A DNA stretch of 64,000 nucleotides, from NCBI GenBank assembly GCA_963920595.1, contig OY986947.1, forward strand, positions 5,642,001-5,706,000, written 5' to 3'. The notes beneath the pieces were generated by a model. It worked only from the letters and a program-made list of their open reading frames with translations, ran no database searches and had not been told where the DNA came from. Position numbers and translations under genes: made by a program. Shown here one piece after another: positions 13,978 through 28,083 of this stretch. Source of the DNA: Eimeria praecox. Its lineage: Eukaryota. Numbering within the stretch: position 1 is the stretch's first letter; each line of letters opens with the position of its first letter.

Positions 13978-16900
13978 ATGGCGAGCAACGGGTACTGCTT
14001 AAGCTTAGAACGTAAGGTGCGAGTTGACTGCTGCAGGGCATATGCATCTCTTGGGGTCAGCAAGCTATACCCGTGGCAAGCGCAGTGCCTGCATCTCGCG
14101 CTGCCTAGGAAGCGCCAAGCGGCAAACGCAGAGGGTGAGGATGCGGCTTGCAAAAGAGCTTCTGGGCCACTTTTTGTTGGTGGTTGCAGCGTACTAAAGG
14201 CACTGCGCAGTGGTGAACAACCTCTATCGCAATATGTTCTCTTAAAACCTAACTGCGTTCATCGTGCAGGAGCTGACGGCGTTCTGTGGAGATCTCTGGT
14301 GTACTGCGCCCCGACATCCGGAGGGAAGAGCCTCGTGGCTGAAGTGCTGATTTCCCGGTGGGAAGACGAATACGAAGTTGCTTAGCCTAGCAGACTTGGT
14401 CATACTGGCTTGCTTCCAATCTGTAGGGCTGTTGTGCGAGCTGGTTAACGCTGCTATTTGCGTTTATTCTTTGCGTTGCAGACGGCTTTTGTTCGAGGGC
14501 GTGCGTTCGCTGGTGGTGGTGCCGCATGTCTCCCTGTGTGTTGAAAAGGTGCACCACCTGCGCCAGCTGCTAGGCCCACTGACGCTGCGCATCGAGGCCT
14601 TCCACGCGGGAGCCAGTAAGGATAGGAACTTCACGCAGCGCGCAGTTCGATGCACGGAGGATATATGCTAGATTTCAGATGCACACAAAGATTAGGAAGG
14701 CGCCTGCAGCGGCAATCTAAGTTGCATGCCATCCTACTTGCCCATTGCATCTCAGCGTGCCTCTCACCCCCTGCTAGCAAATGGAGGACATGCTAAGTAG
14801 TGAGGGGTGAACAGTTTTCCTCCACGCATCCCGTTATTGTCTTCCTGTGTTGCGGGACTAATAGATGCAGCGTCGAACTGGTATGCTGGAATAGATGTTG
14901 CTGTCTGCACACTGGAGAAAGCAAATATGATAGTCAACAGGCGAGGCTTTGGGGCTGCGACCTCTGAAACGAGGCGCAACTTGCAACACCTATGTCCCTA
15001 TAGAAGGCTTGAATACCCTGATATCTTACAGAGCTTGGCTGAAATAGCTAGCTGTCACTGTGACGCAAGCCTTTATGCGCTGATGCTTAAGCTCTTACAG
15101 TTCAGCTGGCAATCATTTTGACCTCTGTCTGCAGATTGGTGCTGGATTTGCTCATCCCCGAAGTGGGAACATTGGAGGACACTGATGAGACTTTGGAGCC
15201 ACCTGTTAAGTATGAGCGGCCTGAGAATAGGCATTTGTGCAGCATCTTGGATGGAAACTGCTCCTGCACAAGCCAGTGGTGGAGCAGCGTGCGCTCCCGA
15301 ATGCCTGTCGTTGGGGAGCACTTTCCCGTTGGTCTGGTTTGTGTAGATGAACTTCATTTTGTTGGGGACCCCCAGAGGGGCTATCTGCTGGAGATGCTTT
15401 TAGCGAAGTTGATTTTCCTAAATGGAGTCCTCAAACGGCCTATTCAGCTAGTTGGCATGTCCGCCACCCTCCCCAATGCTCCACAGGTACGTTACTAATT
15501 CACTCGGTCTATGCGTTGCAAGCTGCCTGCCCAATTTCGAGGTCGCAGCAGCTTGGCATGGTGTGCTACATCGGGCCACGCCTTGCGCTTCCTCTTGCGT
15601 TCTTTCAGGTTGCAAAATGGCTTGATGCAGAGTTGTTCGTCACGGACGAGCGTCCCTCCCCTCTCGACATCCTCGTCAAGGTTGGCCCAGAGGTTAGTTT
15701 AACCGCAGGCCTGCTGTCCCTATCAGCACCTCACCGAATAGTGTATCGACCATTTGCCGATTGCCCGGTGTATTTGTGATCCCACATATGCACGCATGCA
15801 TGTATGCATCGGCATATGGATGCGCATACGAAAGTATTACACGTGCATGCATGCATGTAATGCAAGACGTAGTTGAGGTTTCTGGTCATACAGAAACTGC
15901 TGAAGTCGTCGAAAACTTCAGTTGAACTATGCATGCATGTGTTATATGCTTGTGGTGTTTAGATAGAGCTGATTACGTTAAAGGCATGCAGCGAGGGCCT
16001 TTGCGCCTTTTCTGTGTAACCTACACGTGCATTTGCTGCCTGCTGCCCGTTGTAGGTGTTTTCGTGGGACAAAGGAGCAGGACTGCAGCTTACCCGTAAG
16101 CTCCATGAGGGGTATCTTTCTTTGCCGCCTGCCGCGGAGGCAGCGACAAGCGCTGCAGCACGGGCACTGCGGTTGGCTGCTTCTCAGTATGCTGCTATTG
16201 CAACGGGACCATTACCTGCAACTGCAGAGCTCACAACAAACGCTGAGATGGTTGTGGATCATGCTTCAATTGCTGCTGCCGCTCTTCGCCTTATAAGGGA
16301 GCAAGCCGATGCTCCCCCGAAAGTGTTCTCCCTTGTAGAGGGCGGAGTCGAATCGGCAGAAGAGTCGAGAGAGGCTGTCGCAGAAGGAATTCGCGGTGGG
16401 TGGCAGGCTGATGCTGAGCATTTGGGGATGCTGACATGGGAAATGGTGCGGGAAGGGCGCAAAGTCATAATTTTCTGCCCGACTCAAGAGTGGACAGCCC
16501 GCACGGCATCTTTCCTCGCCAGGTGAGGTGGTACCGCACTTCAGGGTATCCCACCTGCGAATGTTCTTATTGATGAAGATAAGTTGTGGTCCTGTTCAAG
16601 GACTAGCATCCTTTGTTTGCTGATGAGGCCCTAATAGATAAACAAGTGGAGACGATCATCCCTGTTCTTGATTATGTGCAGAGTTCTACCGTTCTACAGA
16701 CGCGCAGAGGGATGGGCTGATCTGGTCAGACAACGTGCTGTTTCGTGCCTCAAGATCAAAGAGCTAAAGTGCCCAAATGCGCAGCATTCGCCACGTCATT
16801 CCCAAAGCACTTCAGAAACGCCGCAAGAGAACATGAACTATCTATTACAGCAGCAGAAGCTCGCGCAGCGGGAAGCGCTGAAGGAGCTTCTTGGCATGCC

Positions 16901-19900
16901 TGTCAGTATGCTTGCCCAATTGTTAGTGCAAGGTCCTCATCTGTTTGTTGAGCCTCAACATATCAGAGGACGCGAAGAGCTGCAGTGGCAGCTCAAGGAG
17001 CTCTCTCTTATTCATTCAGCAACTATGCTAGCGGCAGTTCGTGAGGGTGTTGCGTATCATCATGCCGGTGAGTTCAGTTTTGCCAACTCTACTGCGAATG
17101 CCTTCATGTGCCATTCGTGTGCTGTGTGTAAAGCTGCCTCTGCCTCATGATTTGTGTTTTTGAACCAAATCTTATTCTCGCTCCCTGTACTTCGCTCGGC
17201 TCACGAGGCTACAGGTCTTGAGTTCCCTGGATTTTTGGCGAGTGCATGTGGTCATCTGTGGCCATCGCAAGTATATTTACTGCATTAGGCTTGAGTGGCG
17301 AGGAGAGGGCGCTGCTGGAGGCGGGATATCGGAGAGGCCACTTGGATGTGTTGTGCGCAACGTCGACACTTGCTCTTGGCGTCAACTTGCCGGCTGCTCG
17401 CGTCATAATTCGGGCACCGCATGTACGTTGAGACATTTCCTTCGTGGACTCTTGGCACGCGTGCTGGTTGAGGTGCCCATGAGACCTGTTTTGTTATTTA
17501 AGTCTGCTCAACTTAGGTGGAAACACGTTTCTCCTGCCGGTAGCACGCCTGCGCTCTCGCTTTGGTTCCCTCTCCGGATGCCGTCTTCTTATGTGACTAT
17601 GCGGCTTCTTCCATTTCAGTTCGGAAGAGATGAACTTTTGTCTCCCGGCCGCTTTCACCAGATGGCGGGTCGCGCCGGTCGAAAGGGTCTTGAAGACCGG
17701 TAAGGAGCTCAGGCGAGTAGAGAGAACTCCACTGCATCAACGCATGGCGGCCCACCTGCCAGTTAGGATTCAGCTGTTATTTGTGCAATAAATCTCCTGG
17801 CCAGCAGACGCCAGCTCCCAAATTTCTGCTAAGGTTTTCTTTGCAAGGGCTGGACAAGCACCAGCAGCTAAACAGCCAAGGCGGCAATCGAATAAGGGAC
17901 ACTGCGAAGTAAAAGTGCCTTATGGGTCTGTTCAGCTGTCGGGCCGAATATAGTTGACCGACTTACTACCGCTTTTCCTTTGCAGGGGAGATGCGTACTT
18001 GATTTGCTCCCCTGCCACTTTGCCACATGTTCGGAAACTTCTCACGGCCGTCGCTGCAGCGGATTCATCTGGCCCTGCCGGCTCGGACACATCTCAAAGC
18101 GATACAGAAGCGCGCTCACACTTGAAGGGACAGCATCTGTGTCGTTTTTTCCTTGAGGCCGTACACGTGCTTCTGCCTCTACTCCGTCACCCCAAGGGAT
18201 CCCCTCGTCGGGAAGCGAGTGGTGCATTCGTCGACGTGGCTGCTATTCTGCTGAATTGCACCCTCCGAGGCCACCAGGTACAACCGAAGACCTTTTTGCT
18301 GTTGCTGGTGGCATATCTGTTGTCGAAAATTCAAAGCGCATTTCCACGTTTTTTTCCATGTTAAATGCAAAAGCTATTGTGAAATGCAGAAGGCTGCCAC
18401 AGGCAGGGCTCGGCATGCAGACATTCTGTCCGTGCACTTGCACACTTTTATTTGCTTTGCCGATAGGATTTGCACAGGGTGCTTGTGCAAGAAGCTGCTG
18501 AGGCTGCTCGCTACCTGCACTCATATTACCTTATTGAAGCTGAGCCCGGTGGCGCATCACTCAACCTGCAAAATAACGGACAAAATGACGTTAAGGGCTC
18601 CTGCGGCTATCCTGCATTTGCACAAGGTCCAGCGGGAGCTGTTATAGGGGCGACGACAAATTCCGAAGCATCGAGCGGGCCAGCGCAGACCGTCAGTGCT
18701 GCACCGTTCGCCCGTAGCGAAGTCAGGCACCCACTGCGCTCCCTCGCCTTCCCTTCTTCATGCTTGCCTGCTGCCTGCAACTTGTTGTTACAGCAATATC
18801 CTTGTCTCCGCTCCCCTGTAGTCTTGGCGCGGATGTTGCAAGGATTCGACATAAGCAGGAGGCCCGCTGAAAGATTTTCTGGCAGCTTTGATGCTCCTCA
18901 GCAGTCCGACGAGGAAGCCCCCAATGGCACAACAACGGTGCCCCACGTCTGTTCGTCAGCGGCCTGCTCACTGAAGGGTCTGGATATTGGCCAGACTAAT
19001 CAGGCACCGTCTGCCCCTGCAGATGAGGCCTTTGGGTCAAGTGTTTGCCTCCATTTCCGTGGACTTAAGGCATTAGCTGCACAATTAAGCGGGTGTCGGA
19101 GCCCCGTCGATGGGTCGAGGACGACTGAACCAGAAGAGGGGGGACTCAACTGGAGCGATGTAGGCGGCCTGCTAGCAGTTACGGAGGTCGGAGGCGCAGC
19201 AGTTGAGGCGGGGATCACGCCATGGGAGGCATCTGAAATATTCGCTGACATATTCAAGACAAGTGTTTTGGGTTAGAGCCTCCACGCCTCTTAAAGTGAA
19301 GGCCTCCACACCCCGTAGCAAAGTGGGCATCTGAAGCTGCGCTCAGAATTGTGTCTCTTTAGCAAGGATGGCGACGATATAATAGATTCTGATTCTTTGT
19401 GGGCCTCAGGTCTCTGCGCGGACACGGAACTCCATCTTATCTTTCTTGCAGCAGTCGCAGTGGGAGGTGAACTGCAACCGCACTGGCAGTCGTATCTCTC
19501 TGTCTATGACAAGCTTGACCCAGCTTGCAGGTGTGCTTCCGCCGTGTTGTTCCAAGGGTATTGTAACCTTGTGTTAACAATCGAAACGCCTGATTTGCTA
19601 GGCATTGTAACGCCCAGTAGGGTAGTGCATGGCGAACAATTCATAGGAACTGGCGTGTTCAGGCGGGTTGCCAACTCGCTGGGGATTCGGCGGCTGGTCA
19701 TTTCCAGAGAAGCCATAAAGGCGCAAGGAGCACCTCGCCGCTGCACCAATGACACGGCGGACCTTTTGCTTCTTGAACAGTGAGTTCCGTTCCTACCCCC
19801 GAAAGCCTCACGAGTGCAGTTCCTGTTGTTTTGCTTTTGAGATTCTTCCGACTCCTGTGGTTGGAATTCTACTGTTTTGAATAAATATCAGGCTTACTTT

Positions 19901-21134
19901 CACCCAGCTGCGAGCGCGCGTGGAACTGGAAACCCACCGGCGCTTCTTCTTTGCCCTTCTGTTGCATGACGTATTTCGAGAAGGCGAAGCTTACGAGACT
20001 GCCATGCGCAGGTAAGTGCACGAGGCTAGGTGGACTGCAGATTGTGCTGTATCTTGTCATCATGCTGGGTTCTTGTTGTGGTGACAACATATGTTGAAGT
20101 GGCAACTGCAAGATGCGATTTTACAGGTTTGGCGTGTCACGAAGTGCACTGGTGGCTTGCGCAACACAGGGAACACTCATCGCGGCCACCGTCGCCTCCT
20201 TCTTGCGCATTCTTCGTCCTCAAGAGTGCGCGCTATTTCTGATTGTTTGTGGGTAGCGCTGTACAGCGTCTGGCATTCGAGAAGTTGTCACAGCATGCAG
20301 CTGCTTTGCAAGCTTTAGATGTTTAGGTGTTGAGCGCAAATATTGGCACATGGTTTCGGTGGTCCCATTTGCAGGGCGGCGTTATCGGAGATTTGTTTTG
20401 CGCTGGCAGGCAAGCTCAAGCTTGCCTGTTCGCCAGCTGGGGTGCTAGCTTCTGCCTTGACGGACTGTTCTCGCCGGCTCACCGACGACCACGAGGCGCC
20501 GAGCACTGAAGAAGATGGTGGCCCTGGGGCTTTACAGCAGCTCTTGCAGTTAGAAGGCGTGACACCGGCACGAGCAGCCGCTCTTCGCTCTGCTCAGATA
20601 TACACTTGTGCCCAGATTGCCAACACGCCACTGTATGATCTATATAAGGTCCGCAGTACTGCCTACCCCACCCAAAGAGAGGCTTGCACCTTGAAGAATG
20701 CAAATAATAGGAGGCAAATAATGCACGGGCGCGTTTGTATGTTCTTTGTAGGCATTAGAGGCAGCAGAGCCCACTCACATCGTCCGCGCAGGGCTTTCAG
20801 CGCAGAGGGATGAAAAGATTTGGGAATCGAAGATGCGCCGACAGCGGGCACGTCTGTTTGCCGTCAGCGTGAAACTCAAGGATGCAGCACAGAAGGAACA
20901 AGAGATGCGGCTTCAGGTATGTCCGTTGCAATGAACTGAATTTATGCATTGGCACTGGCGGTGAAATATGCTGCACATCACATGCATTGGCCCCCGGTTA
21001 CTCGTATGCTTCCGTAGGCATTAGAGGATGAAGCAGTAGGGCACTGGTCGATGATAGGGAAAGTCGCCGATAACTCGGGAGATGAATACAACGCAGTAAA
21101 TGCCTGCACCAACAGTTTTAGCTTTAGGCCATGA
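13978..21134 (+). CDS. Ski2-like SF2 DNA helicase of the HELQ/Pol-theta helicase family (multi-exon, no polymerase domain seen)
   Basis: [80 protein letters not shown]-terminal HhH-like '[15 protein letters not shown]'. Last exon 21018-21134. Confidence 0.9.
15783..15940. repeat. Intronic cluster of TGCATGCA-type motifs
   Basis: atgcacgcatgcatgtatgcat, gtgcatgcatgcatgtaatgca, ctatgcatgcatgtg. This is the palindromic octamer known to be abundant in Eimeria genomes. Confidence 0.8.
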
Positions 21135-21440
21135 GCGAACGTCAGTGTGCGTTTCTACGGCGGTTGTACAGTGACGACCGTGTCTACACCTTCTACAGTG
21201 TTAAAAGCATTCCGACATTCTTGTTAGGCGACAGTTGGCTGCCCCACTAGTCAAAAGCCAAGTGATCCGCAAGAATCGCTGGGCTAATGTACAGCGAATC
21301 AAAAACCCTCGCAGCCTTCTTTGGTTCTTCGAGTGTAACGGAACGTGTTGTACGTTTCGAGCATCGTGAAACTTCTGCTGGCCTCCATGAGCACATATAC
21401 TGGGAGTATACACAATATACGGCAGCTCTAAAAAGCTGTT

Positions 21441-23758
21441 CTAAAAAGCTAGAATGTGGCACGGCGGGCTGATGCCCGTGCAATGCCGGCTGGTGGAGTC
21501 GTAGACATGAATTCCTCTCAACGAATGAAATCCTGCGGCCGCACCATGAGCACTCACGAACCAGCACAATATACGCATTCGCGGCAGTCCCTGACTCGAT
21601 GGCAGTCTTTGCAGTCGGAAGGAAATGGGGAGAGGCATAAGCAGCGCCTAGCTACGCACCTGGTTGGAGGCAAAGCACTTCAAAGGAGAACTTCTTTGAA
21701 GACATGGGGCCAAGGGGCCCAAGGGTCTGCGCAAAGAAGCACACGAGTAGGGGTAAACCAACGCTGTCGAAGCGATGCAATCCTCAGTCAACATCACTGC
21801 GTAGCGGCGTTCTCATTTACCAGCTGTTTTGGGCCTTCTAGCACAAAAGGCTCGAGCTGCGAAAGTTTAACACTGAGCATCAGTTGCAAATCCGTCTGCA
21901 GCCTGTTGATGACCTCCAGCTCCACAGTAAAAGGCCGGTCAACCTGCAGCACACAAAAGCCAAGATTCACTATTTAGCGTCCAGCCACCTAGGCCCTGCC
22001 CTAAAGCTGGGGTTGTTACCTACCCATTTCTCAACGTACCTCGACTGACGACGGGAATGTGACTAACCGCATTTCAAGTGGCTGTATGGGCTTAGGTGCA
22101 TTCACCAGCTCATAGTTGCTAAGTGTTCCAACTCCTCCCGTTGACGTGCGCCACTGAAGTGTTAGCGTCCCCAGATTTGAAGTTTGCTGCAGAGCAACGG
22201 ATGCAGGGGGCTGAGCAAAACTCGAAAGAGCCTCTTCCTTTCACGTACGTCATAGCCACTGTTTGCTGTGTATGCCGCTACAGAAAAAGAGCCACAAATG
22301 CGTTGCATATTCAACCATGCCTTTGGCAAGCCTCCTAGAAGTGACCGAGGATTTGCAGGAAATAGCGAGAAAAGCACGGCGTAGCAATCTTTGGGCCGAA
22401 AGTTGTGAATCCCTTTGCAAAAACTGAGAGCACAGAAAAGGCATGCACATTCTGAAACTCATTTAATTACATTAAATGTAAGTAAGTTAGTATGGTATGC
22501 CCGTACGCGCTGCCCAATCAGTTCGTTGAGAAACGTGCTGTGCAGTGCTTAAAATTCAAACAGCCACGCGTCAAACCCTACGCAATTACGCACGATTCGG
22601 CAGCAGGAGGCGAACATTCTAGGCGGGTGCATTCTAAACCCTCAGCGCAGAGTATGTTGGCCTCGTTTAGGAATACAAGCTGCTGCGAAACATTAGTAAG
22701 AGTGCACTCAACAAGAGCTTTGTCCTGAAAGCAAGAAGCAGGGAAGAGTGAAGGCCCGATATGCATGCATGATGCGGACCCAAGCTTCCCCAGCTGCATG
22801 CTGTGTCTTCAAAAGATTCTCATACATCGGCCTGTCGTACTTGCAGATGCGTAATGCGGTGGGAAACTTTGAATGGGCTCTGAGCCGTAAATCTGAACGA
22901 TTTCTTGAATGATTTGGGCTCCGCAGACGAGGCGATGTAGTGTGAGATGGAACAGACGAGCCTGGCTCATGCCAACATGCACATTCAGCAGTGGCAAATT
23001 CAATAGTGGTTGCATACTCCTTCAAGAATGAGGAACGGCTTACATGCAGGTTCCTGATTCCTCTATCTGGTGCTGAATTGTGCAGTCGAAAGAATCTTCA
23101 GGATCCAAGCTCCGAACAGGATCATCCGAATTGTCGAATAGCAGATGACGTGAATTGCCGAGGAAAAGTTCTACCTGTTCAAAGAAACACCGTGAGTACA
23201 GCGTCCTGCTCCCTTTGTTTTTTGCACATTAAAAGGGACCACAGTCGGCGTGCGACGAACTTGCAACTTAACGCTGTTTGCCTGTATGCTCGATGCATTT
23301 GCAATATTGAGATAGGCGGAAAACGCCTCTCCACTAAACACTCGCCTGGTTTGCACACACACAGAAACGCACACACCAGAATGCTTCCTGGTTTAAATGC
23401 TCTGTCTGGTTTGGGCTGAGTAAAGGAGCTACCGCATGGCCACGGTGCCAAGGCCTCACCCTTGTGTTATGGGCAGGAGAAGAGCATGAGCGCTTGAGAG
23501 CCACTTCTCGTTTACTGTCTCCTCTGCCCTAGCTAGGGTGGCATCGCTATCGTCACGCGCTAAGTCCCGCAAAGAAAGCAGTGGCCACGGATTAGAATCC
23601 CACGACGGCTGCGAGAGCCGCATGACTTTCTGCAAGACATGAGCGTAAGCCATTTAAATGGACAGATAGTTTCGCCATTACGGGTAACAGCAATCGACAA
23701 CCCCAGAGACGCAGCTGCTTCTCACCAGAGAGAGATATTCTCTATCGCCGGCTGCCAT
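21441..23758 (-). CDS. TRAPPC13: Trafficking protein particle complex subunit 13 (TRAPPC13/Trs65-like), multi-exon
   Basis: Spliced N-terminus MAAGDREYLSL|KVMRLSQPSW, LLLPITQG, VFSGEAFSAYLNIAN, ALVECTLTNVSQQ, PFTVELEVINR, C-terminal GFHSLRGIHVYD, matching the DUF974 pattern. Confidence 0.8.
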
Positions 23759-24583
23759 ATTCAAGCCTGAATCGGGCCGTACACCTTGCCTGAGGCCGTT
23801 TGTTTGATAAGCGTACAACTGATTTTGTGTTGCAGGTGGGGCACCTCTTCAATCATCCAGCGAACATTTTGTCCGCGTTTAAACGGCGCCGTGGAGGCAA
23901 GGGATACGTTATGCCGGTTTGTGACGACACAGACGCAAGAAGATCGTACCAATCAGCTTCAGTCCCAATACCTAATTACGCCGATAAAATGGATTTTTGC
24001 TGTGCAGCGGAGTAGCGTGGTCAGCACGTTCGTTGTCCGCCACAAGGCAATCAACTAATGTGCATGCCATGCCAGTGTGATGCTCAACACGTGCGAAAGC
24101 CCTGCTGAGCTGCTGTTGCACTGGAATAGCTAGCTAATTTATATGCTCTTTGGTAGGCAAATATGAGGAATACAGCTTTCGTTTTCAAAAGCATCGTTCC
24201 ATAGCCTGCGGCGCTACACGAAGGATCGCGCTCTCGCTGCGCTAACCGATCACGTGAACTGTGTTGGTACTTCGCGCACTCATGGACCTCAGCGGAAGAA
24301 GCGCACATTTTTAATTTTGCTATATTTAGATTTAAACCTTAATGAACTTATTAGTGTGTGCATTTTTCCTTAAGTGCCTCGAAGCGCACGAGTATGCATA
24401 CAGCCAAAACTGCGATTCAGACACCTAGCCCGTAAGAACTTTGATTTACCCCTAGGTGTACAGACACTTCATGCAGTGACTAACAGCCAGTTGCCACTGG
24501 GTGCGCCAGAGTTTTCCAGAGTTCACCACCCTGGACTCGATTGAACAGTATTTCCCCTCTTCAGCTCCGTTCTTCCTGCCAAG

Positions 24584-27500
24584 ATGAGGAACGCGGCAAG
24601 TATTGGTCTTTGCGTTGGACTCTCTGCGATTGGAGCCCTGGCCAATGATATTCTCAAGCCAGAAGCCGATTATCGAGATTTCCGCCACTACCAGCTTAGC
24701 AATGGCATGCACGCAATAGCTGTGCATCACCCGCGATCTAACGAGGCAGGTTTTGCCGTGGCGGCGAATACTGGCAGTTTGTACGATCCTCAAGATGTAC
24801 CTGGTCTGGCACACTTCTTGGAGCACATGCTGTTCCTTGGGACATCTAAATATCCGGAGCCGGAAAGCTACGACAGCTTCCTGACACAGAACGGAGGGGC
24901 GAACAATGCGTACACAGACGAAGAGAAAACGGTCTTTTTCAACAAGGTTACGGACAGTGCATTCGAGGAGGCCTTGGATCGTTTTGCTGAGTTCTTCAAA
25001 TCTCCACTGTTCAACCGTCAATACGAAGAAAAGGAAGTCAACGCGATCGACGCGGAGCACCAGAAAAACATCCCGAATGATGATGAGAGAGCGTGGTACA
25101 CTATCCGCTCTCTCGCAAAGGGACCTATGTCCCGATTTGCTACTGGAAACTCGGAAACCCTGAGCACCAACCCGAAGGCCAAGGGGATTGACTTGGTTGA
25201 TCGCCTACGAGATTTCCACAGCAAATACTATTGCGGATCCAACATGGTAAGCATAGCGTAGGTGACAAGATTTATGTGGTTGGGCAACACTCTGTCATAC
25301 ATCAGGTTGCTGTCACTATTTCGCCACGTTCTCTTGATGAACAAGAGTCGCTGATACGGGAGAAGCTTGAAGGTGAAGTTTTTTTGATTTTTTGAGTACT
25401 AAGGCCATCCTCATCGTCTTTCTAGGCATATCCGCCGGGCATGCTGATTGGCTTGGAATGGTCCAGTGCCCTGGACCGATGTTCGATACTGTCAAGCCTT
25501 TTGACCATACCAACAGTGGAAAGTTCATCCACTTGCAAAGCTTCTCTTCACAGCCTAGTCTCTGGGTTGCTTTTGGCCTTCCAGCAACGCTTACTTCTTA
25601 TGTAAGTTGAGCAATTCTGCATTCATTTCCTCCATGAGGCTCATGCGCACCCTTCAGAAAAAACAACCTACTAGCGTCCTGACTTATCTGCTCGAGTACA
25701 CTGGAGAGGGATCTCTGGCCAAGCGCCTTCGGCTGCTTGGGCTTGCTGATGGGATCTCTCCTGCCGTGGATAGAAATTCCATAAGCACCCTGCTTGGCAT
25801 AAAGGGTAAGGGGTCTTAATCAAAGAATTGTGTTGAAGATGTATGCATTCTCGCGCAGTGGATCTAACCCAGAAAGGCGCGGCCCATCGTGGACTTGTAC
25901 TCCAGGAGATATTTTCTTACATCAACTTCCTGAGAGACCACGGTGTTGGCCATGATTTGGTTTCCACTATGGCCCAGCAGTCGCATATCGACTTCCACAC
26001 AACACAACCCAGCTCATCGATAATGGACGAAGCAGCGCGTCTTGCCCACAATCTGTTGACATATGAGCCGTACCACGTCGTTGCGGGGGATTCGCTGCTG
26101 ATTGATGCAGACCCTCGACTGACAAATCAGCTCCTCCAAGAGATGTCTCCATCCAAAGCTATCATTGCCTTCTCCGATCCAGAATTCACTTCGAAAGTTG
26201 ACAGCTTCGACACGGATCCTTATTATGGGGTGCAGTTCAGAGTGCTCGACCTGCCGCAGCATCACGCAGTTGCAATGGCCGTCTTAACTGCCTCGCCAAA
26301 CGCTTTCCGCATGCCTCCTCCTCTACTGCATATACCCAAGGCCTCCGAGCTAAAGATCCTCCCTGGCCTTCTTGGACTCACAGAGCCAGAACTCATCAGC
26401 GAACAAGGAGGCAATGCAGGAACTGCAGTATGGTGGCAGGGACAGGGCGCCTTTGCTCTCCCTAGGATCGCAGTTCAGCTAAACGGAAGCGTTTTGAAAG
26501 AAAAGGCAGACCTGCTATCTCGCACTCAAGGCTCTCTAGCACTTGCAGCCATTGCAGAACATTTACAAGAGGAGACAGTGGACTTCCAGAACTGCGGCAT
26601 TACCCACAGCCTGGCTTTCAAAGGGACTGGCTTCCACATGACGTTCGAAGGCTATACGCAGGCGCAGCTAGGCAAAATCATGGCACACGTGGCGAACCTT
26701 TTGAATGACCCTTCAATGGTAGAACCTGAGCGGTTCGAGAGGTACGACAAAGCACTAACCTCATAAGGAAGCCTTCAGAGGCTAACGAGCCAATTTCAGG
26801 ATAAAGGAGAAGCAGATGAAGCTCCTCGCCGATCCAGCAACCAGCATGGCATTTGAACACGCTCTCGAAGCTGCAGCTATTCTAACGCGGAATGATGCAT
26901 TTAGTCGGAAAGATTTGCTCAATGCGCTTCAACAGACAAATTATGATGATTGCATGGCCAAGCTCAGCGAACTCAAGAATGTCAGTAAAATACTCGATAT
27001 ATTGAATTTCAGCACTTCCTAACCACTTTTGTGCACAGGTCCACGTCGATGCTTTCGTCATGGGAAACATAGACCGCGACCAATCGCTCACTATGGTTGA
27101 AGAGTTTTTGGAACAGGCTGGATTCACCCCTATTGATCACGACGATGCTGTGGCTTCTCTTGCAATGGAACAAAAACAGACAATTGAGGCAACTCTGGCG
27201 AACCCCATCAAGGGGGACAAAGACCATGCCAGCTTGGTCCAGTTCCAGCTTGGTATCCCCTCCATTGAGGACCGCGTAAACCTAGCTGTCCTGACTCAAT
27301 TCTTCAACCGCCGCATCTACGACTCGCTTCGCACGGAAGCTCAGTTGGGGTATATTGCTGGAGCAAAGGAGTCTCAAGCTGCCTCAACAGCGCTCCTTCA
27401 GTGTTTTGTAGAAGGCGCGAAAACACACCCTGATGAAGTTGTGAAGATGATTGACGAAGAATTGTCAAAGGCAAAAGAATACCTTGCTAACATGCCCGAC

Positions 27501-28083
27501 GCTGAGATGGCACGCTGGAAGGAGGCAGCTCATGCAAAACTAACAAAGATGGAGGCAAACTTCTCCGAAGACTTCAAGAAATCGGCTGAGGAGATTTTTG
27601 CCCACTCGAACTGTTTCACCAAAAGAGACTTGGAGGTCAAATATCTGGATAACGACTTCTCTCGAAAGCAACTTCTCCGCACTTTCGCAAAGCTGTCTGA
27701 CCCTTCAAGGAGGATGGTAAGCATATTCATATCTCCAAACGGGAATTAGACTAATAAAGTTGGCAATCTAGGTTGTCAAGCTGGTTGCCGATCTGGAGCC
27801 AGAAAAAGAAGTCACTTTAATTGGCGAAGCAAAAGCTCAAGATGCAGCCCTTCTTCGCCGTGGTGACGCCGGTAAGAGTACATGTGGGCACTGATATCTT
27901 GAGTGCTAAAATAACGAGAGTTCCGCAGCTGAAGATGTTGTCAAAGCCCCCACGAAGCTTCTCAGTCTCGAGGACAAGTTTGTCTCGCAAGTTCAGGAAG
28001 CTAATGGCTACTTCCCAGATGTCTCTGTGTGCGAGCTACCCCCAAGCCTTCTCTCCTTATTCGAGCTCCTGGAGGACCTTTGA
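24584..28083 (+). CDS. Secreted insulysin-like M16A zinc metalloprotease (sporozoite developmental protein-like), about 8 short introns
   Basis: Signal peptide; [13 protein letters not shown]; inverted zinc motif [37 protein letters not shown]. Ends ...FELLEDL*. Confidence 0.95.

Noticed and set aside
16570..16625. Intronic C/D-box snoRNA (TGATGA...CTGA)
   Set aside because: Too short, with no terminal stem or recognisable guide.
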